From Hypanus sabinus (Eukaryota): a stretch of DNA of 64,000 nt. The notes under the pieces are model-generated. The model was not told where the DNA came from and ran no database searches. It saw nothing but the letters and a program-made list of their open reading frames with translations. Where the stretch lies: assembly GCF_030144855.1 (NCBI RefSeq), contig NC_082725.1, forward strand, positions 39,494,001-39,558,000, read 5' to 3'. Within the stretch, counting starts at the first letter, position 1, and the number at the start of each line of letters is the position of its first letter. The translations under genes and the position numbers were made by a program. Below, piece after piece: positions 1 through 12,579 of the stretch.

Positions 1-1034
1 ACACAGGTGCCTCCCGGGCTACGTGCTACGCCCATTGCTGTTATCACTCTGCTCACACAGGACTGCATGGCCAAACGCTCAAGTAATCACATTGTCAAGT
101 TCGCCGATGTCACAACAGTGGCGGGGCTCATCAACAACAACGATGAGACGGCCTACAGGGAGGAGGTGGAAGAGCTCAAGGCCTGGTGCCAGGCAAATAG
201 TCAACAAGACAAAGGAGATGTTTATCAACTTTAGGAGAAATCACACCATTCACACCCCTCTTTACATGAGGGGCACAGCAGTGGAAGCTGCAAGCTGTTT
301 CAAATTCCTGCGAGTGCACATCTTGCACAACCTCGCAAGAGCCCAAAACACATCCTACATAATCAGGAAAGTACTTACACCAGCACCTCTACTTTCTAAG
401 GGGGCAGAAGAGAACTAGACTATGCATAGCTGTATTAACGTTATTCTACAGGAGCACAATAGCGAGCATCCTAACAGGCTACGTCACTGCAGAGTACAGA
501 AACGGCACTGCGGTGCACAGGAAGGCTCTACAACGGGTAGTCAGAACTACTCAACGCACCACTGGCACCAGACTACCCACCACCAATGGCATGCATGCAG
601 AAAGGTGCCTGAAAGTGGCAGTAACATCATGAAAGATCCCGCCAATCCTGCTCATGGTCTGTGTTTCTTGCTCCCGTGAGAAAGGCGGCAACGTAGCACC
701 CACGCCGGGAGCACCAGACTCAAAAACAATTACCTTCCCCAAGCAGTTAGGCGGATCAACAGCTCCACTCATTAGCCACCTGTCCACATCCCCAATACTA
801 CCATTTTATCTTCTCCTGTCAGTCACCTGATGTATAAACACTCCTGTGCCCAGCACAACTTTATGGACAAGCAATCAATATACATCTATAAACTACCTTT
901 TGCACAAATATAGTATTTATTGTGCTTTTTTTATTATTGTACTCTTATTGTGTTTTTCTGTGAGCTGCAGCAATGACTTTGGTTTCCTTTTCACTTGTGT
1001 CCTGGAAATGATATTAAACAATCTTGAACCTTGA
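1..1034 (+). mobile_element. Rex1/Babar-type LINE 3' portion, decayed
   Basis: Frameshifted motifs IVKFADVTTVAGLI, AYREEVEELKAWC and KTKEMFINFRR; (CTTGAA)-type tail. Confidence 0.85.
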
Positions 1035-1236
1035 GAAGACATAATTAGAGACAGCGCATTTAGGAGTTGGAATCAAGAGGCAAATCTTCGTGCAAGGGTG
1101 GCTGACTGCGAGAGCTCTTTTTTCATATGGAATGTGGATGTTGGGCTTCAAGAACTTTGTTCAGCATGGAGAGAGGGAGAACATCAATGAGTCTAGAGTG
1201 AGAAGTATTGAGATACGTAGTGAAACAAAAACAGTA

Positions 1237-1414
1237 ATTGCCAGAAACATACTTAAGGTCCGGCAGCATCTGTGAAAAGAGAAAGGGTTAATATTTTAGG
1301 TCAAAGATATTTCAACAAGACTAAGACATTAACATTTTCTCCTCAGACAGACGCTGCCTGATCTGAAGAGTGCTTCTGTGTTCCTTTCAGGTGTCCAGCA
1401 TCGCCTGCATTTTG
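1237..1414. mobile_element. Old inverted pair of Penelope 3'-end fragments
   Basis: ggcagcatctgtgaaaagagaaa..gttaatatttt is followed by its reverse complement-like ttaacattttctcct..cagacgctgcctgatctg. Confidence 0.55.
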
Positions 1415-1489
1415 ATTTTCTAAAATTATCCATTCTCACAAATTGGGACTGGTCAGGTACTGACATCAACAAACAATTGCAACAAGATA

Positions 1490-1730
1490 CCACCACTATC
1501 CAATATGAAAGTGGTGCATTCTCAACAGAGAGAGAGCGGGAGTTTGTAGGACGGGAGACAATATGGTGAAGTGGGGTTGAAAGACCAGCGAATCCTGTGA
1601 GTGTGGCAAAAGGGTGCAGAACATCGAACACGTTCTGCGCAACTGCCCACTCTCACCTGATTGAGCTGACACTGACCTGCTCAACATTAACCTAACAACG
1701 CTAGAGTGGCTGGCTGTCTGAATGAATGAA
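1490..1730 (+). mobile_element. Vingi/Ingi-like non-LTR element 3' end
   Basis: Translates to WCILNRERAGVCRTGDNMVKWG...SCECGKRVQNIEHVLRNCPL (C-terminal CCHC knuckle, with a frameshift); ends in (GAAT)n. Confidence 0.6.
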
Positions 1731-3042
1731 CCACCAACGTCTTTTGAAGGATATTTAAAACTAGCTTAAGTGGCCATGGATCAGGACGTGAGTAAAGTAT
1801 CAGAGCAAAACACACACCAGAGTGCACTCAAAATGCTCTACTCATTTGGTGGAAACTGGAAAACCAAAGAGCTTTAAATTTGCCCTTCTAAACTTGAGCT
1901 GTGACTGGAGAGACTAAATTTGTATCGTCCAACCATGGAAAAAGCTCTGCTGAGACAGATGTTAAGGCAAGGACTGAGGGCTACACTCAGAGGTACACTA
2001 GCACAAAATGGATTGTATTGAGTTTAATCAAATGATTCTTACAGCTGCATGAAGCTAATGTGCTAAAAAAATAACCTCTTGATGTAATGGATTTACAAAC
2101 AACCACCATTGGATACTAATCTTCTGAGAACTGCTTACATTGAAACTCTGTGAACTCTCTTAGAAAATCAAAGGGTGAAAAAAATGATGTTCTATTCATC
2201 AAATTAGAAGGAAACATCCAGTTCTGAATCTGACAAATATCACTCTTTGTCAACATCGTTTTAATGCAATCAACAAAAGGAGAAATCCGTTTTCATTTCA
2301 AACCCATTTTTTGGTAGGCAGGAGATGTGTTTTCTGTTCAGGTGCATAAAGCGAAATGGCTGGTAGAAGCCGATACATTAGCGACTTTGGCTCATGAGGA
2401 TTCATTTCACTCACCTCTGCAAATTGTCACAATGTGGAGGGCTTATTTGGTAAAACAATCAACAGACAAGTCAGGCACCATTATAACACCTGGGTCTTGT
2501 TAGAGTTGCTCCCACTGACCTCCTAAACAAAACAGCTCAGATAATAGTCCCCAGAACAAGACATGCGCACTGCAGTGGGCTTGCAATCGGTGAAGAGGAG
2601 AAGAAATGGAAAAAGGGGCGGGGAAGATTCAAGATGTCCTTCGAGGTAAAAGAAAGGAAGTTATTCCCAGCAGGTCCATTTGCAAATCAAAATCAATCGA
2701 AATTTACTTTCTAGCCTTACAGTTCCAAATAGCCCAGACTTGGTGGGGAAAGGGTTCATATCTCTCCTGCTAAAGTCTCAGGTTAAACCAGATTTCATTC
2801 GTGTCTGATCTGCATATTTAACCTGGACTTTCTCCACCTGGGGTGCAGTCCATGCACTGATTTTACAGGTTCGAATTGTAGGGGTGATATCAGAGTGGAA
2901 GAGAAGGTGATGCTCCATACCACTTTGTATATTCTACTAATCCAAAATTCTCTAAAGCAAGCTAAAATTGAAAGCTTCTTTCTAACAAAAAAGAAATCAA
3001 AGATTTAGTGGTAGGTAAACTGCACTCCTATTTCCTGAGTCG

Positions 3043-3829
3043 AGACCTTCGCCTGGTCAGGGAGAGTGAGGAGGTGATAGAGAGGAGTTACAGGCAGGTG
3101 GTCACTCCGGGGCCACAGGAGGCAGATAGGTGGGTCACGGTCAGGAAGGGGAAGAGGCAGGTACTAGAGAGTACCCTGGTGGCTGTACCCCTTGACAATA
3201 AGTACTCATGTTTGAGTACTGTTGGTGGGGACAGCCTTCCTGGTGGAAGTGACAGTGACCGGGCCTCCGGCACAGAGGACGGCCCTGTAGCTCAGAAGGG
3301 TAGGGATAGAAGAAAGAGGACCATAGTAATAGGGGACTCGATAGTTAGGGGTTCAGACAGGCGGTTCTGTGGAGGTGATCGGGAGTCCCAGATGCTAATT
3401 TGCCTCCCTGGTGCCAGGGTTCGGGACGTTTCTGATCGCGTCCAAGATATCCTGAAGTGGGAGGGTGAGGAGCCAGAGGTCGTGGTACATGTAGGTACCA
3501 ATGACATAGGTAGGAAAGGGGAAGAGGTCCTGAAACGAGAGTATAGGGAGTTAGGAAGGCAGTTAAGAAGAAGGACCGCAAAGGTAGTAATCTCGGGATT
3601 ACTGCCTGTGCCACGCGACAGTGAGAGTAGGAATAGAATTAGGTGGAGGATGAATGCGTGGCTGTGGGATTGGAGCAGGGGGCAGGGATTCAAGTTTCTG
3701 GATCATTGGGACCTCTTCTGGGGCAGGCGTGACCTGTTCAAGAAGGACAGGTTATACTTGAATCCTGGGGGGACCAATATCCTAGCGGGGAGGTTTGCTA
3801 GGGCTACAGGGCGGACTTTAAACTGGTAA
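3043..3829 (+). CDS. CR1 ORF1, SGNH/GDSL esterase domain (5'-truncated)
   Basis: Motifs VIGDSIVRG, CLPGARV, VVVHVGTNDIG and a degenerate DxxH block (DRLYLN) in ORF 3008..3829. The first ~12 codons of that ORF are probably flanking DNA. Confidence 0.88.
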
Positions 3830-3862
3830 GATGGGGGGGGCGGGAGACTATTTGAGGAAATT

Positions 3863-6847
3863 ATGGGAGAGGAGGTTAGTTCACCAGTAGAGGAAGTAAA
3901 TAGACAGTGTGTGAGGGAGGAAAGGCAGGTGATGGAGAAGGGATGCACTCAGCCCGAAGATGTAGGGGAGAAGAAAGAAAAGGATAATAAATTTGAATGC
4001 ATTGTTAGGGATGAAAAGAGAGGAGGGGGTGGAGAGTATCTTAAATGTATCTATTTTAATGCTAGGAGCATTGTAAGAAAGGTGGATGAGCTTAAAGCGT
4101 GGATTGATACCTGGAATTATGATGTTGTAGCTATTAGTGAAATATGGTTGCAGGAAGGGTGTGATTGGCAACTAAATATTCCTGGATTTAGTTGCTTCAG
4201 GTGTGATAGAGTAGGAGGGGCCAGAGGAGGAGGTGTTGCATTGCTTGTCTGAGAAAATCTTATGGTGGTGCTTTGGAAGGATAGATTAGAGAGCTCCTCT
4301 AGGGAGGCTATTTGGGTGGAATTGAGGAATGGGAAGGGTGTAGTAACACTGATAGGAGTGTATTATAGGCCACCTAATGGGGAGCGTGAGTTGGAAGAGC
4401 AAATGTGTAAGGAGATAGCAGATATTTGTAGTAAACACAAGGTGGTGATTGTGGGAGATTTTAATTTTCCACTCGTAGACTGGGAAGCTCATTCTGTAAA
4501 AGGGCTGGATGGTTTAGAATTTGTGAAATGTGTGCAGGATAGTTTTTTGCAACAATACATAGAAGTACCGACAAGAGATGGGGCAGTGTTGGATCTCCTG
4601 TTAGGGAATGCGATAGGTCAGCTCACAGATGTATGTGTTGGGGAGCACTTCGGGTCCAGTGATCACAATAGCATTAGCTTCAATATAATTATGGAGAAGG
4701 ACAGGACAGGACCTAGAGTTGAGATTTTTGATTGGAGAAAGGCTAACTTTGAGGAGATGCGAAGGGATTTAGAGAGAGTGGATTGGGTCAAGTTGTTTTA
4801 TGGGAAGGATGTAATAGAGAAATGGAGGTCACTTAAGGGTGAAATTATGAGGGTACAGAATCTTTATGTTCCTGTTAGGTTGAAAGGAAAGGTTAAAGGT
4901 TTGAAAGCACCATGGTTTTCAAGGGATATTAGAAATTTGGTTCGGAAAAAGAGGGATGTCTACAATAGATATAGGCAGCATGGAGTAAAGGAATTGCTCG
5001 AGGAATATAAAGAATGTAAAAGGAATCTTAAGAAAGAGATTAGAAAAGCTAAAAGAAGATACGAGGTTGGTTTGGCAAATAAGGTGAAAGTAAATCCGAA
5101 AGGTTTCTACAGTTATATTAAAAGCAAGAGGATAGTGAGGGATAAAATTGGCCCCTTAGAGAATCAGAGTGGTCAGCTGTGTGTGGAGCCGAGGGAGATG
5201 GGAGAGATTTTGAACGATTTCTTCTCTTCGGTATTCACTAAGGAGAGGGATATTGAATTGCGTAAGGTGTGGGAAACAAGTAAGGAAGTTATGGAACCTA
5301 TGACAATTAAAGAGGTGGAATTACTGGCGCTTTTAAGAAATTTAAAAGTGGATAAATCTCCGGGTCCTGACAGGATATTCCCCAGGACCTTGAGGGAAGT
5401 TTGTGTAGAAACAGCAGGAGCTCTGACGGAGATCTTTAGGATGTCATTAGAAACGGGGATTGTGCCGGAGGATTGGCGTATTGCTCATGTGGTTCCATTG
5501 TTTAAAAAGGGTTCTAGAAGTAAGCCTAGCAATTATAGAGCTGTCAGTTTGACATCAGTGGTGGGTAAATTAATGGAAAGTATTCTTAGAGATAGTACTA
5601 ACAATTATCTGGATAGACAGGATCTGATTAGGAGTAGCCAGCATGGATTTGTGTGTGGAAGGTCATGTTTGAAAAACCTTATTGAATTTTTTGAAGAAGT
5701 TACGAGGAATGTTGACGAGGGTAAGGCAGTGGATGTAGTCTATATGGACTTCAGCAAAGCCTTTGACAAAGTTCCACATGGAAGGTTAGTTAAGAAGGTT
5801 CAGTCGTTAGGTATTAATGCTGGAGTAATAAAATGGATTCAACAGTGGCTAGATGGGAGATGCCAGAGAGTAGTGGTGGATAATTGTTTATTGGGATGGA
5901 GGCCGGTGACTAGCGGGGTGCCTCAGGGATCTGTTTTGGGCCCAATGTTGTTTGTAATATACATAAATGATCTGGATGATGGGGTGGTAAATTGGATTAG
6001 TAAGTATGCCGATGATACTAAGGTAGGAGGTGTTGTGGATTATGAGGTGGGTTTTCAAAGGTTGCAGAGAGATTTATACCGGTTAGAAGAATGGGCTGAA
6101 CGTTGGCAGATGGAGTTTAATGCTGAGAAGTGTGAGGTTCTACATTTTGGCAGGAATAATCAAAATAGAACATACAGGGTAAATGGTAGGGCATTGAGGA
6201 ATGCAGAGGAACAGAGAGATCTAGGAATAGCAGTGCATAGTTCCCTGAAGGTGGAGTCTCATGTAGGTAGGGTGGTGAAGAAGGCTTTTGGAACGCTGGC
6301 CTTTATAAATCAAAGCATTGAGTACAGAAGTTGGAATGTAATGTTAAAATTGTACAAGGCATTGATAAGGCCAAATTTAGAATATTGTGTGCAGTTCTGG
6401 TCACCGAATTACAGGAAAGATATCAATAAATTAGAGAGAGTGCAGAGACGATTTACTAGGATGTTACCTGGGTTTCAGCACTTAAGTTACAGAGAAAGGT
6501 TGAACAAGTTAGGTCTCTATTCATTGGAGCGTAGAAGGTTGAGGGGGGATTTGATCGAGGTATTTAAAATTTTGAGAGGGATAGACAGAGTTGACGTGAA
6601 TAGGCTGTTTCCATTGAGAGTAGGGGAGATTCAAACGAGAGGACATGATTTGAGAGTTAGGGGGCAGAAGTTTAAGGGAAACACGAGGGGGTATTTCTTT
6701 ACTCAGAGAGTGATAGCTGTGTGGAATGAGCTTCCTGTAGAAGTAGTAGAGGCCAGTTCAGTTGTGTCATTTAAGGTAAAATTGGATAGGTATATGGACA
6801 GGAAAGGAGTGGAGGGTTATGGGCTGAGTGCGGGTAGGTGGGACTAG
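3863..6847 (+). pseudogene. CR1 ORF2 (APE endonuclease + reverse transcriptase) with one in-frame stop
   Basis: ORFs 3863..4252 and 4262..6847 are in the same frame and separated by TGA at 4250-4252. Motifs include YFNARS, GDFNFP, SDHN, KSPGPD, DFSKAFDKV, GVPQGSVLGP and YADD. Confidence 0.93.
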
Positions 6848-6989
6848 GTGAGATTAAGAATTCGGCACGGACTAGGAGGGCCGAGATGGCCTGTTTCTGT
6901 GCTGTGATTGTTATATGGTTATATGGAGACCCAAACAATTTTCCATTTCCTTTATGTCTGGATCCGAATTTGTCATGGAGTCAGTGTTA

Positions 6990-7320
6990 TAAAAAGATAT
7001 AGCATGGGAACACATCTTTTTGCCCATCATATTCAAACTGACTATCAAACATCCACTTATGCTCATCCTATAGCCGCATTCCATCCTCCCAACATACTTA
7101 TCAACTCCCCATAGATTTTATCATTCTGCTATGCAGTAATGGCATTTTACACTGGTCAATTACTCTAGCAACCCGCACATCCTTGGGATTTGATATGGAA
7201 GTGAAGCATGTGATGAAAACTCATGCAATCATAGAGAGAACTTGTAAACTCCATGCAGTCAGCACAGAGATAAGTCCCTGGTTGCTGGACTTCTGAAACA
7301 GCATCTGTGCTGACTGTGTT
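6990..7320 (-). mobile_element. Degenerate V-SINE/HE1-like tRNA-derived SINE
   Basis: Similar to the better-preserved copies at 16849-17112 and 58622-58866 (gagaacttgtaaactcc, ggtcaattactctagcaacccgcacatccttgggat). Confidence 0.55.
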
Positions 7321-8184
7321 CCTCATATAGTTTTCTGGATATTCAATGTGTTTACAATTCATGCCACAGTAGGCACTGTCATTACTAACATTAAAGAAAT
7401 GCAGCCAAACCTAACCAAAAGGTCTCTGAAAGCAATTTTGTGTTCAGTGCTTATGACGGAACATCTGGACATTCCACAGAAAGATGTTATAATCACCTTG
7501 AAAATCTACTGTCCTAATCAATCTTTCAATCGAAGAAAAGCATTTCATTTCTACGCATTAGTTCACCTCCCTGTGTTGACAGATGATATACACCAAGCTC
7601 ACACAACTCTATCTTGCCCTTTGAGAGAACCCCTTCTCAGCGCAACTTCAGCATAACAATTGGGCCTGAACAAACATTTTGATAGCGACCAAAGAGATAT
7701 CTGTGCACTTGGTCTCCCTGCAGCACAAGAGGCGGTATCTAAAAACTGAAGGAAGAAACAGTTAAGGAAATAGAAAGCATTCTCACACCGCTTGATCATT
7801 TCTAATTAACAAGTGGTGCAAGAAGCTCATTTATAGGGACCCAAGACTAAAGAGACAGAATTAGAAAACAAATAAATTGCAGCTGCCGATGGGATAGGAT
7901 TAATTTTTCCATCGATGCAAGATCTGAATGCTGACTGGTATTGGCCCATGTTTTAGCAGCATGAACTGCTTGCTCTCCATTATCAGCTCAACCACAGTGG
8001 CAGATGGTGTACACATGCACATGGAAACATAAATAAGGTGATCATTCTGTGCCCGTTTCATCACCATTATTACCCATCACTTGCTGAACCACCTCCTTAC
8101 TACACTAATGTGTAGCTTTTTTCCCCCCTGAATAACTGTTCATAACCAACAGCATTTTGATTCATCTTGAGTCGAGTGATTGAT

Positions 8185-9258
8185 GATATCTGCATCAGGA
8201 GGTTGAGGAGATTTGGTTTGCCACCTAAAACGGTCGAAAATTTCTATAAATGTACTGTGGAGAGCATTCTGACTGGGGGTGGGGGGTGGCTACTGCAGAG
8301 GATTGAAGTAAGCTGCAGGGAGTTTTAAAATTAGTCAGCCATTATGGGTACTAGCCTCTGTAGTGTCCAAGAAATCTTCAACAAGCGACACTACAGAAAA
8401 GTGGCGTCCATCATTAAGGGCCCCCACTACCGAAGACATGCTCTCCTATCATTGTTACCATCAAGGAGGTACAGAAGCCTTAAGGCACACACTCAGCGAT
8501 TCAGAAACAGATTCTTCCCCTCTGCCATCTGATTTCTAAATGGATATTGAACCCATGAACACTACTTCACTCCTTTTTTTCTTGATTACAAAGATGATGA
8601 GAGGCATTGATCGTGTGGATAGTCAGAGGCTTTTTCCCAGGGCTGAAATGGTTGCCACAAGAGGACACAGGCTTAAGGTGCTGGGGAGTATGTACAGAGG
8701 AGATGTCAGGGTTACGTTTTTTTTATTTTACGCAGAGAGCGGTGAGTGCGTGGAATGGGCTGCTGGCAACAGTGGTGGAGGCGGATACGATAGGGTCTTT
8801 TAAGAGACTTTTGGATAGGCACATTCAGCTTAGAAAAATAGAGGGCTATTGGTAAGCCTAGTAATTTCGAAGGTAGGGACATGTTCAGCACAACTTTGTG
8901 GGCCGAAGGGCCTGTATTGTGCTGTAGGTTTTCTATGTTTCTATGTTTTTAAACAAGAGAAAATCTGAAGTTGCAAGAAATCCAAGCAAGACACACAAAA
9001 TGCTTGAAGAACTCAGCAAACCAGGCAGCATCAATGGAAAAGAATGCAGTTGACATTTCGGACTGAAACCTGTGTGTGTTGCTTTTTTTAAAATTTCTGT
9101 TTTTGGACTACTTACCTTAATTTAACTATTTAAGATACATGCTTAGGGTAATTCAGGTTTTTCCTCCTAAATTTATCATGTATTACATTGTACTGCTGCT
9201 GCAAAATTAACAAATTTCTCAACATTTGCTGGTTATCTTAAAAATGATTCTGATTCTG
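8185..9258 (+). mobile_element. Rex1-type LINE 3' end interrupted by a CR1 3' fragment (8589-8945, +) and a Penelope 3' fragment (8951-9082)
   Basis: Rex1 motif LLSLLPSRRYRSLKAHTQRFRNRFFPSAI. CR1 motif KMMRGIDRVDSQRLFPR with a (TTTCTATG)n tail. The Rex1 UTR resumes and ends in (GATTCT)n. Confidence 0.8.
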
Positions 9259-9518
9259 TTTCCGATACTGATAGTCTTAGAACTGAGGTCTTTGCAAAGC
9301 ATGGTGTACATCTGCACACTACGTGTGGAAAACAGGTGCAAGTCCACAGCTAATAGACACCAGACTACAAAACAAGCAATCCAGGAAGTTTCCATAGAAA
9401 AATATGGTCCAGTGTCAAAATGAGCAGTGCATTTGACAGCTATAATTATCAGCTTCATTAAATTCTTTGGTGATGACATAAGATCACAATGAATAAGCAA
9501 GAAAATGATACAACTTAC

Positions 9519-9614
9519 CATTGTAGGTCACCCTCGGTTTGGTCAGGCACAGGACAAGGTGCAAGTCCATTTCTTCAGTGGAAACAAACTTTGAGCACAC
9601 AGGACATTTGAAAC
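9519..9614 (-). CDS. ZNRF2: Internal coding exon (probably exon 2) of E3 ubiquitin ligase ZNRF2, UBZ-type zinc finger
   Basis: Reverse complement reads ...ctctttttaaaccag|GT TTC AAA TGT CCT GTG TGC...ACC TAC AAT G|gtaagt. The exon is 96 nt, phase 1/1, and translates to (G)FKCPVCSKFVSTEEMDLHLVLCLTKPRVTYN. This matches the recalled ZNRF2 peptide (FKCPVCSKFVSSDEMDLHLVMCLTKPRITYN) better than ZNRF1. No other exon of the gene was found in the window. Confidence 0.93.
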
Positions 9615-9847
9615 CTGGTTTAAAAAGAGGGTGGAGAAAAAGTAATCAATTAAATTCAACACCGATGTAAATGAATGCAATTTGCACTTGACACAAGAAC
9701 CATTCCATACTTTAGCCCAGTCAGTGTGAGTAGAATATTTTTAGGTTCTGAAAAATTCGCTATCAGACAATGCAAATGAACACTTAGCTCCTGTGAGTGT
9801 ATAAGCTGTGGTTACTGAAAGCTAACCCCACTTAAAAAGCTGAAGCT

Positions 9848-10460
9848 GAAGGAACTCAGCAGGAAGGGAAACGAACTGTTGACCCTTCATCATCACTAGA
9901 GAGGAAAGGGGAAGAAACTAGAATTAGAAATCGAGAAGAAAAGGAGTATGGGCTGGCAGGTGACAGGTGAAACCAGGTGGGTGGGGGAGGGGGAATGAAG
10001 TAAGAAGCTGGAAGGTGATAGGTGGAAGAGGTAAAGGTCTAATGAAGGAGGAATCTGATAGGAGAGAACAGTAGAGCATGGAATAAAGGGAAGGAGAAGC
10101 AGCACCCGGCAGAGGTGATAAGCAGATGAGGAGAAGAGAAGGGATGGAAGGGGAACCAGAATAGTGAATAGAAAAAGAGAGAAGTGGGAGGATTGGAGGG
10201 GGGAAGCTATCAGAAGTTTGAGAAATCAGCATTCATGCCATCAGGTTGGAAGCTATCCAGGCAGAATATAAAGTGTTACTCCCTGAACCTGAGTGTGGCC
10301 TCATTGTGCCAGAAGAGGAGGCCAGGGACCAAGTTGTCATAACAGGAATGGAAAGTCAAATTGAAGTGAGTGGCCACCGGAAATCCAGCCTTTTGTGGTG
10401 GACAAAGCAAAGATGGTGGACAAAAGGGTCCCCCAATCCACGTTGGGTCTCACTGACATA
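9848..10460 (-). mobile_element. Penelope-like element 3' portion (GIY-YIG end + pyrimidine-rich UTR), decayed
   Basis: Homologous to 38547-39385 and to the reverse complement of 24545-25074. Confidence 0.8.
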
Positions 10461-11759
10461 TCACTTCAATACAGCTTGGTGAACAGAAGGTTCTAGAGAC
10501 GTCACATCGTCCTTAGCCATTACGTATCTGTATCTGTGGGTAGTACCGTTGACAACAACTTATGGAGTTGCTGCCTTTACAGCACATGGCTGGGGCTCTA
10601 TCCTGATTGAAGGTGTGTATGTGTTGTGTCACTTGCACTTCTCAATCCATTTTGTGGTGGTTTTTCTGGGTGCTCATGTAACCCATTCCTAACGTTAATT
10701 GGTCTCTGAAAATTATACGGTAAAATCCAGGAGAGATGATTGGAATATAAAGAATACCTAACAGGAAAATTAGGGGAGTAGGGTTGGGATTGGTCTGTGA
10801 CTGAGTAGACTCCACGGCCTTCAAAAGCATTATTTTGTGTCATAAGGAAAGATGAAAGAAAACATTTCTAGAATAGAAAATATTTAAACTTGTCACACTG
10901 CAATTGAGAGGTTGCAACGCTGCCTGGAACAGATGGCTGTAATTATAATGTGGAGCGTCTTGAGAGGTGATTATCAATATAAGTATAGGCACTGAAATTT
11001 AAAATATAAAAATAAGTGAGAATCTATGGCTTTAAAGTAGACATGGAATTGTTTTTATTTACCTTAGCTAAAAATCGACTTTGTCTCTTAACCACACTAC
11101 CTGAACATTACCTTGGCCTCAATTCCCACAGTCAATTGCCAATGGGTAGTTTGTCATTTATGCTACACGAGTTTCAGTACAAAGATTAATTATTTTCTCA
11201 AGGCCATGGAGGAAAAACAGCAGACCAGAATAAGTTTAGTCATATAACAAGAGCACACTTTAAGAGAGATTGTCAGTTGAATTTTCGACTCAGTTAATGA
11301 TTAATATTTTTATGTTTTACCAAGTAGAAACTATATGAACTTGAAACACATGGATTTGTTTATAAGAAGCACTCCCTTTATCTATAGTGGGTGATGCTAC
11401 TGTTAGCCAATCCTGTACTGACAGACTACTCGATAAATTTGCCTCTGGGTAAAAGTTTCAAATAGGTCCTAGAACTTGTGCAAAAAAAAATTCTCTGGTG
11501 TTATAGCTTGACCCCTAAGTGCTCCCTTTTTAATGGAGTTGTCCTCTTTGGTGAGAAAAGCATAGAAATTACAGAACTTTTTTTGCTTCCAACATGATCC
11601 AATAGTGCAAGCTGGATTTTGGCTCATCTGGTCAGGATCGAACCAATGTCACAGGATGAGTAAGGCTGATTCTCCAGGAGCTACACTCTATGAACACCAA
11701 TTACAATTCTCCTGAACGTTAATATTAAAAAACATTTCTCAGTAACATGGGCATAGATT

Positions 11760-12062
11760 AGATTCAAAATCCATTCCAGAGGCCTGGCCATTGCTTCAGT
11801 ATCAGAGGCATTTACCCAGGGCCTTCTCAGGTAGACATTAAAAAGCTGGTGATATTTCCCATAGAAGGCTGGATGCCTCCTCTGTATCTTGGTCGGTTGT
11901 TAGAGCAAAGTCAAATTACTTCTCATTTACTCACTCCCACACTTACAAATGAGTTGCCATGCCTCTCTACGTTATGACAGCACTACCTAGCAATGTCTAT
12001 GAATCACCTTCGAGACATCCTGAGGGCATGCAAAGATCTGCACAAATACAAGTTCATTCTTT
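11760..12062 (+). mobile_element. Degenerate DeuSINE (SacSINE1/AmnSINE1-like)
   Basis: ccttctcaggtagacattaaaaagct..gatatttcccatagaagg resembles the recalled Deu core. The 3' end gacatcctgagggcatgcaaagatctgcacaaatacaagttc resembles the recalled SacSINE tail. Confidence 0.55.
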
Positions 12063-12579
12063 ATTTATAATTCATGAATGTCACTGCTGTGAATGAGTTA
12101 TACAGGTATTTCAGAAAACGCAATAAATGTTCTTGCCTTTCCTTCACCCTCTGCAATGATGACCATAAAAGGCCTTTAATGTGGTACAACTCATAAATAA
12201 CAACTTAGAAAGCACCTGTAATGCATTAAAATATCCTAAGGCACATCCCTAGACACCAGAAAAATAGATATGTGGTGCATATTAGACTTTCGAAAGTCCT
12301 TCAATAAAGTACCACACAAAACTGCAGAGTATTGCATTATATGTGATATACCACTGCAAACTGGGGAGTCAAACAGAAAACGGAATGGGTATAATCAGGT
12401 CATTTTTTTGTTTTGGGTTGAGAGGCCATGAACAGTGGTGCGGGGGAGGGGTTGCATAGGGAGCCCATTAGCTCACAACCTATAATCAATAATTCGGATC
12501 CACTCATCTGGGTTTGCTGATAACTGGGAGTGTGGGCCTAAAGAAGGAAAGAGAGAGACTTTAGGGGGATAGAGATCGG

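Larger units (their letters stand above)
3043..6926 (+). mobile_element. Young, nearly full-length (5'-truncated) CR1-clade LINE
   Basis: Contains an esterase ORF1, an APE+RT ORF2 and a short 3' UTR ending in (GTTATATG)n repeats. Confidence 0.95.

Noticed and set aside
1-9518. Search for the next ZNRF2 exon (RING domain, DVLSKDAGECAICLEEL...)
   Set aside because: No matching sequence was seen, so it presumably lies beyond position 1. The first exon likewise appears to lie beyond 64000.
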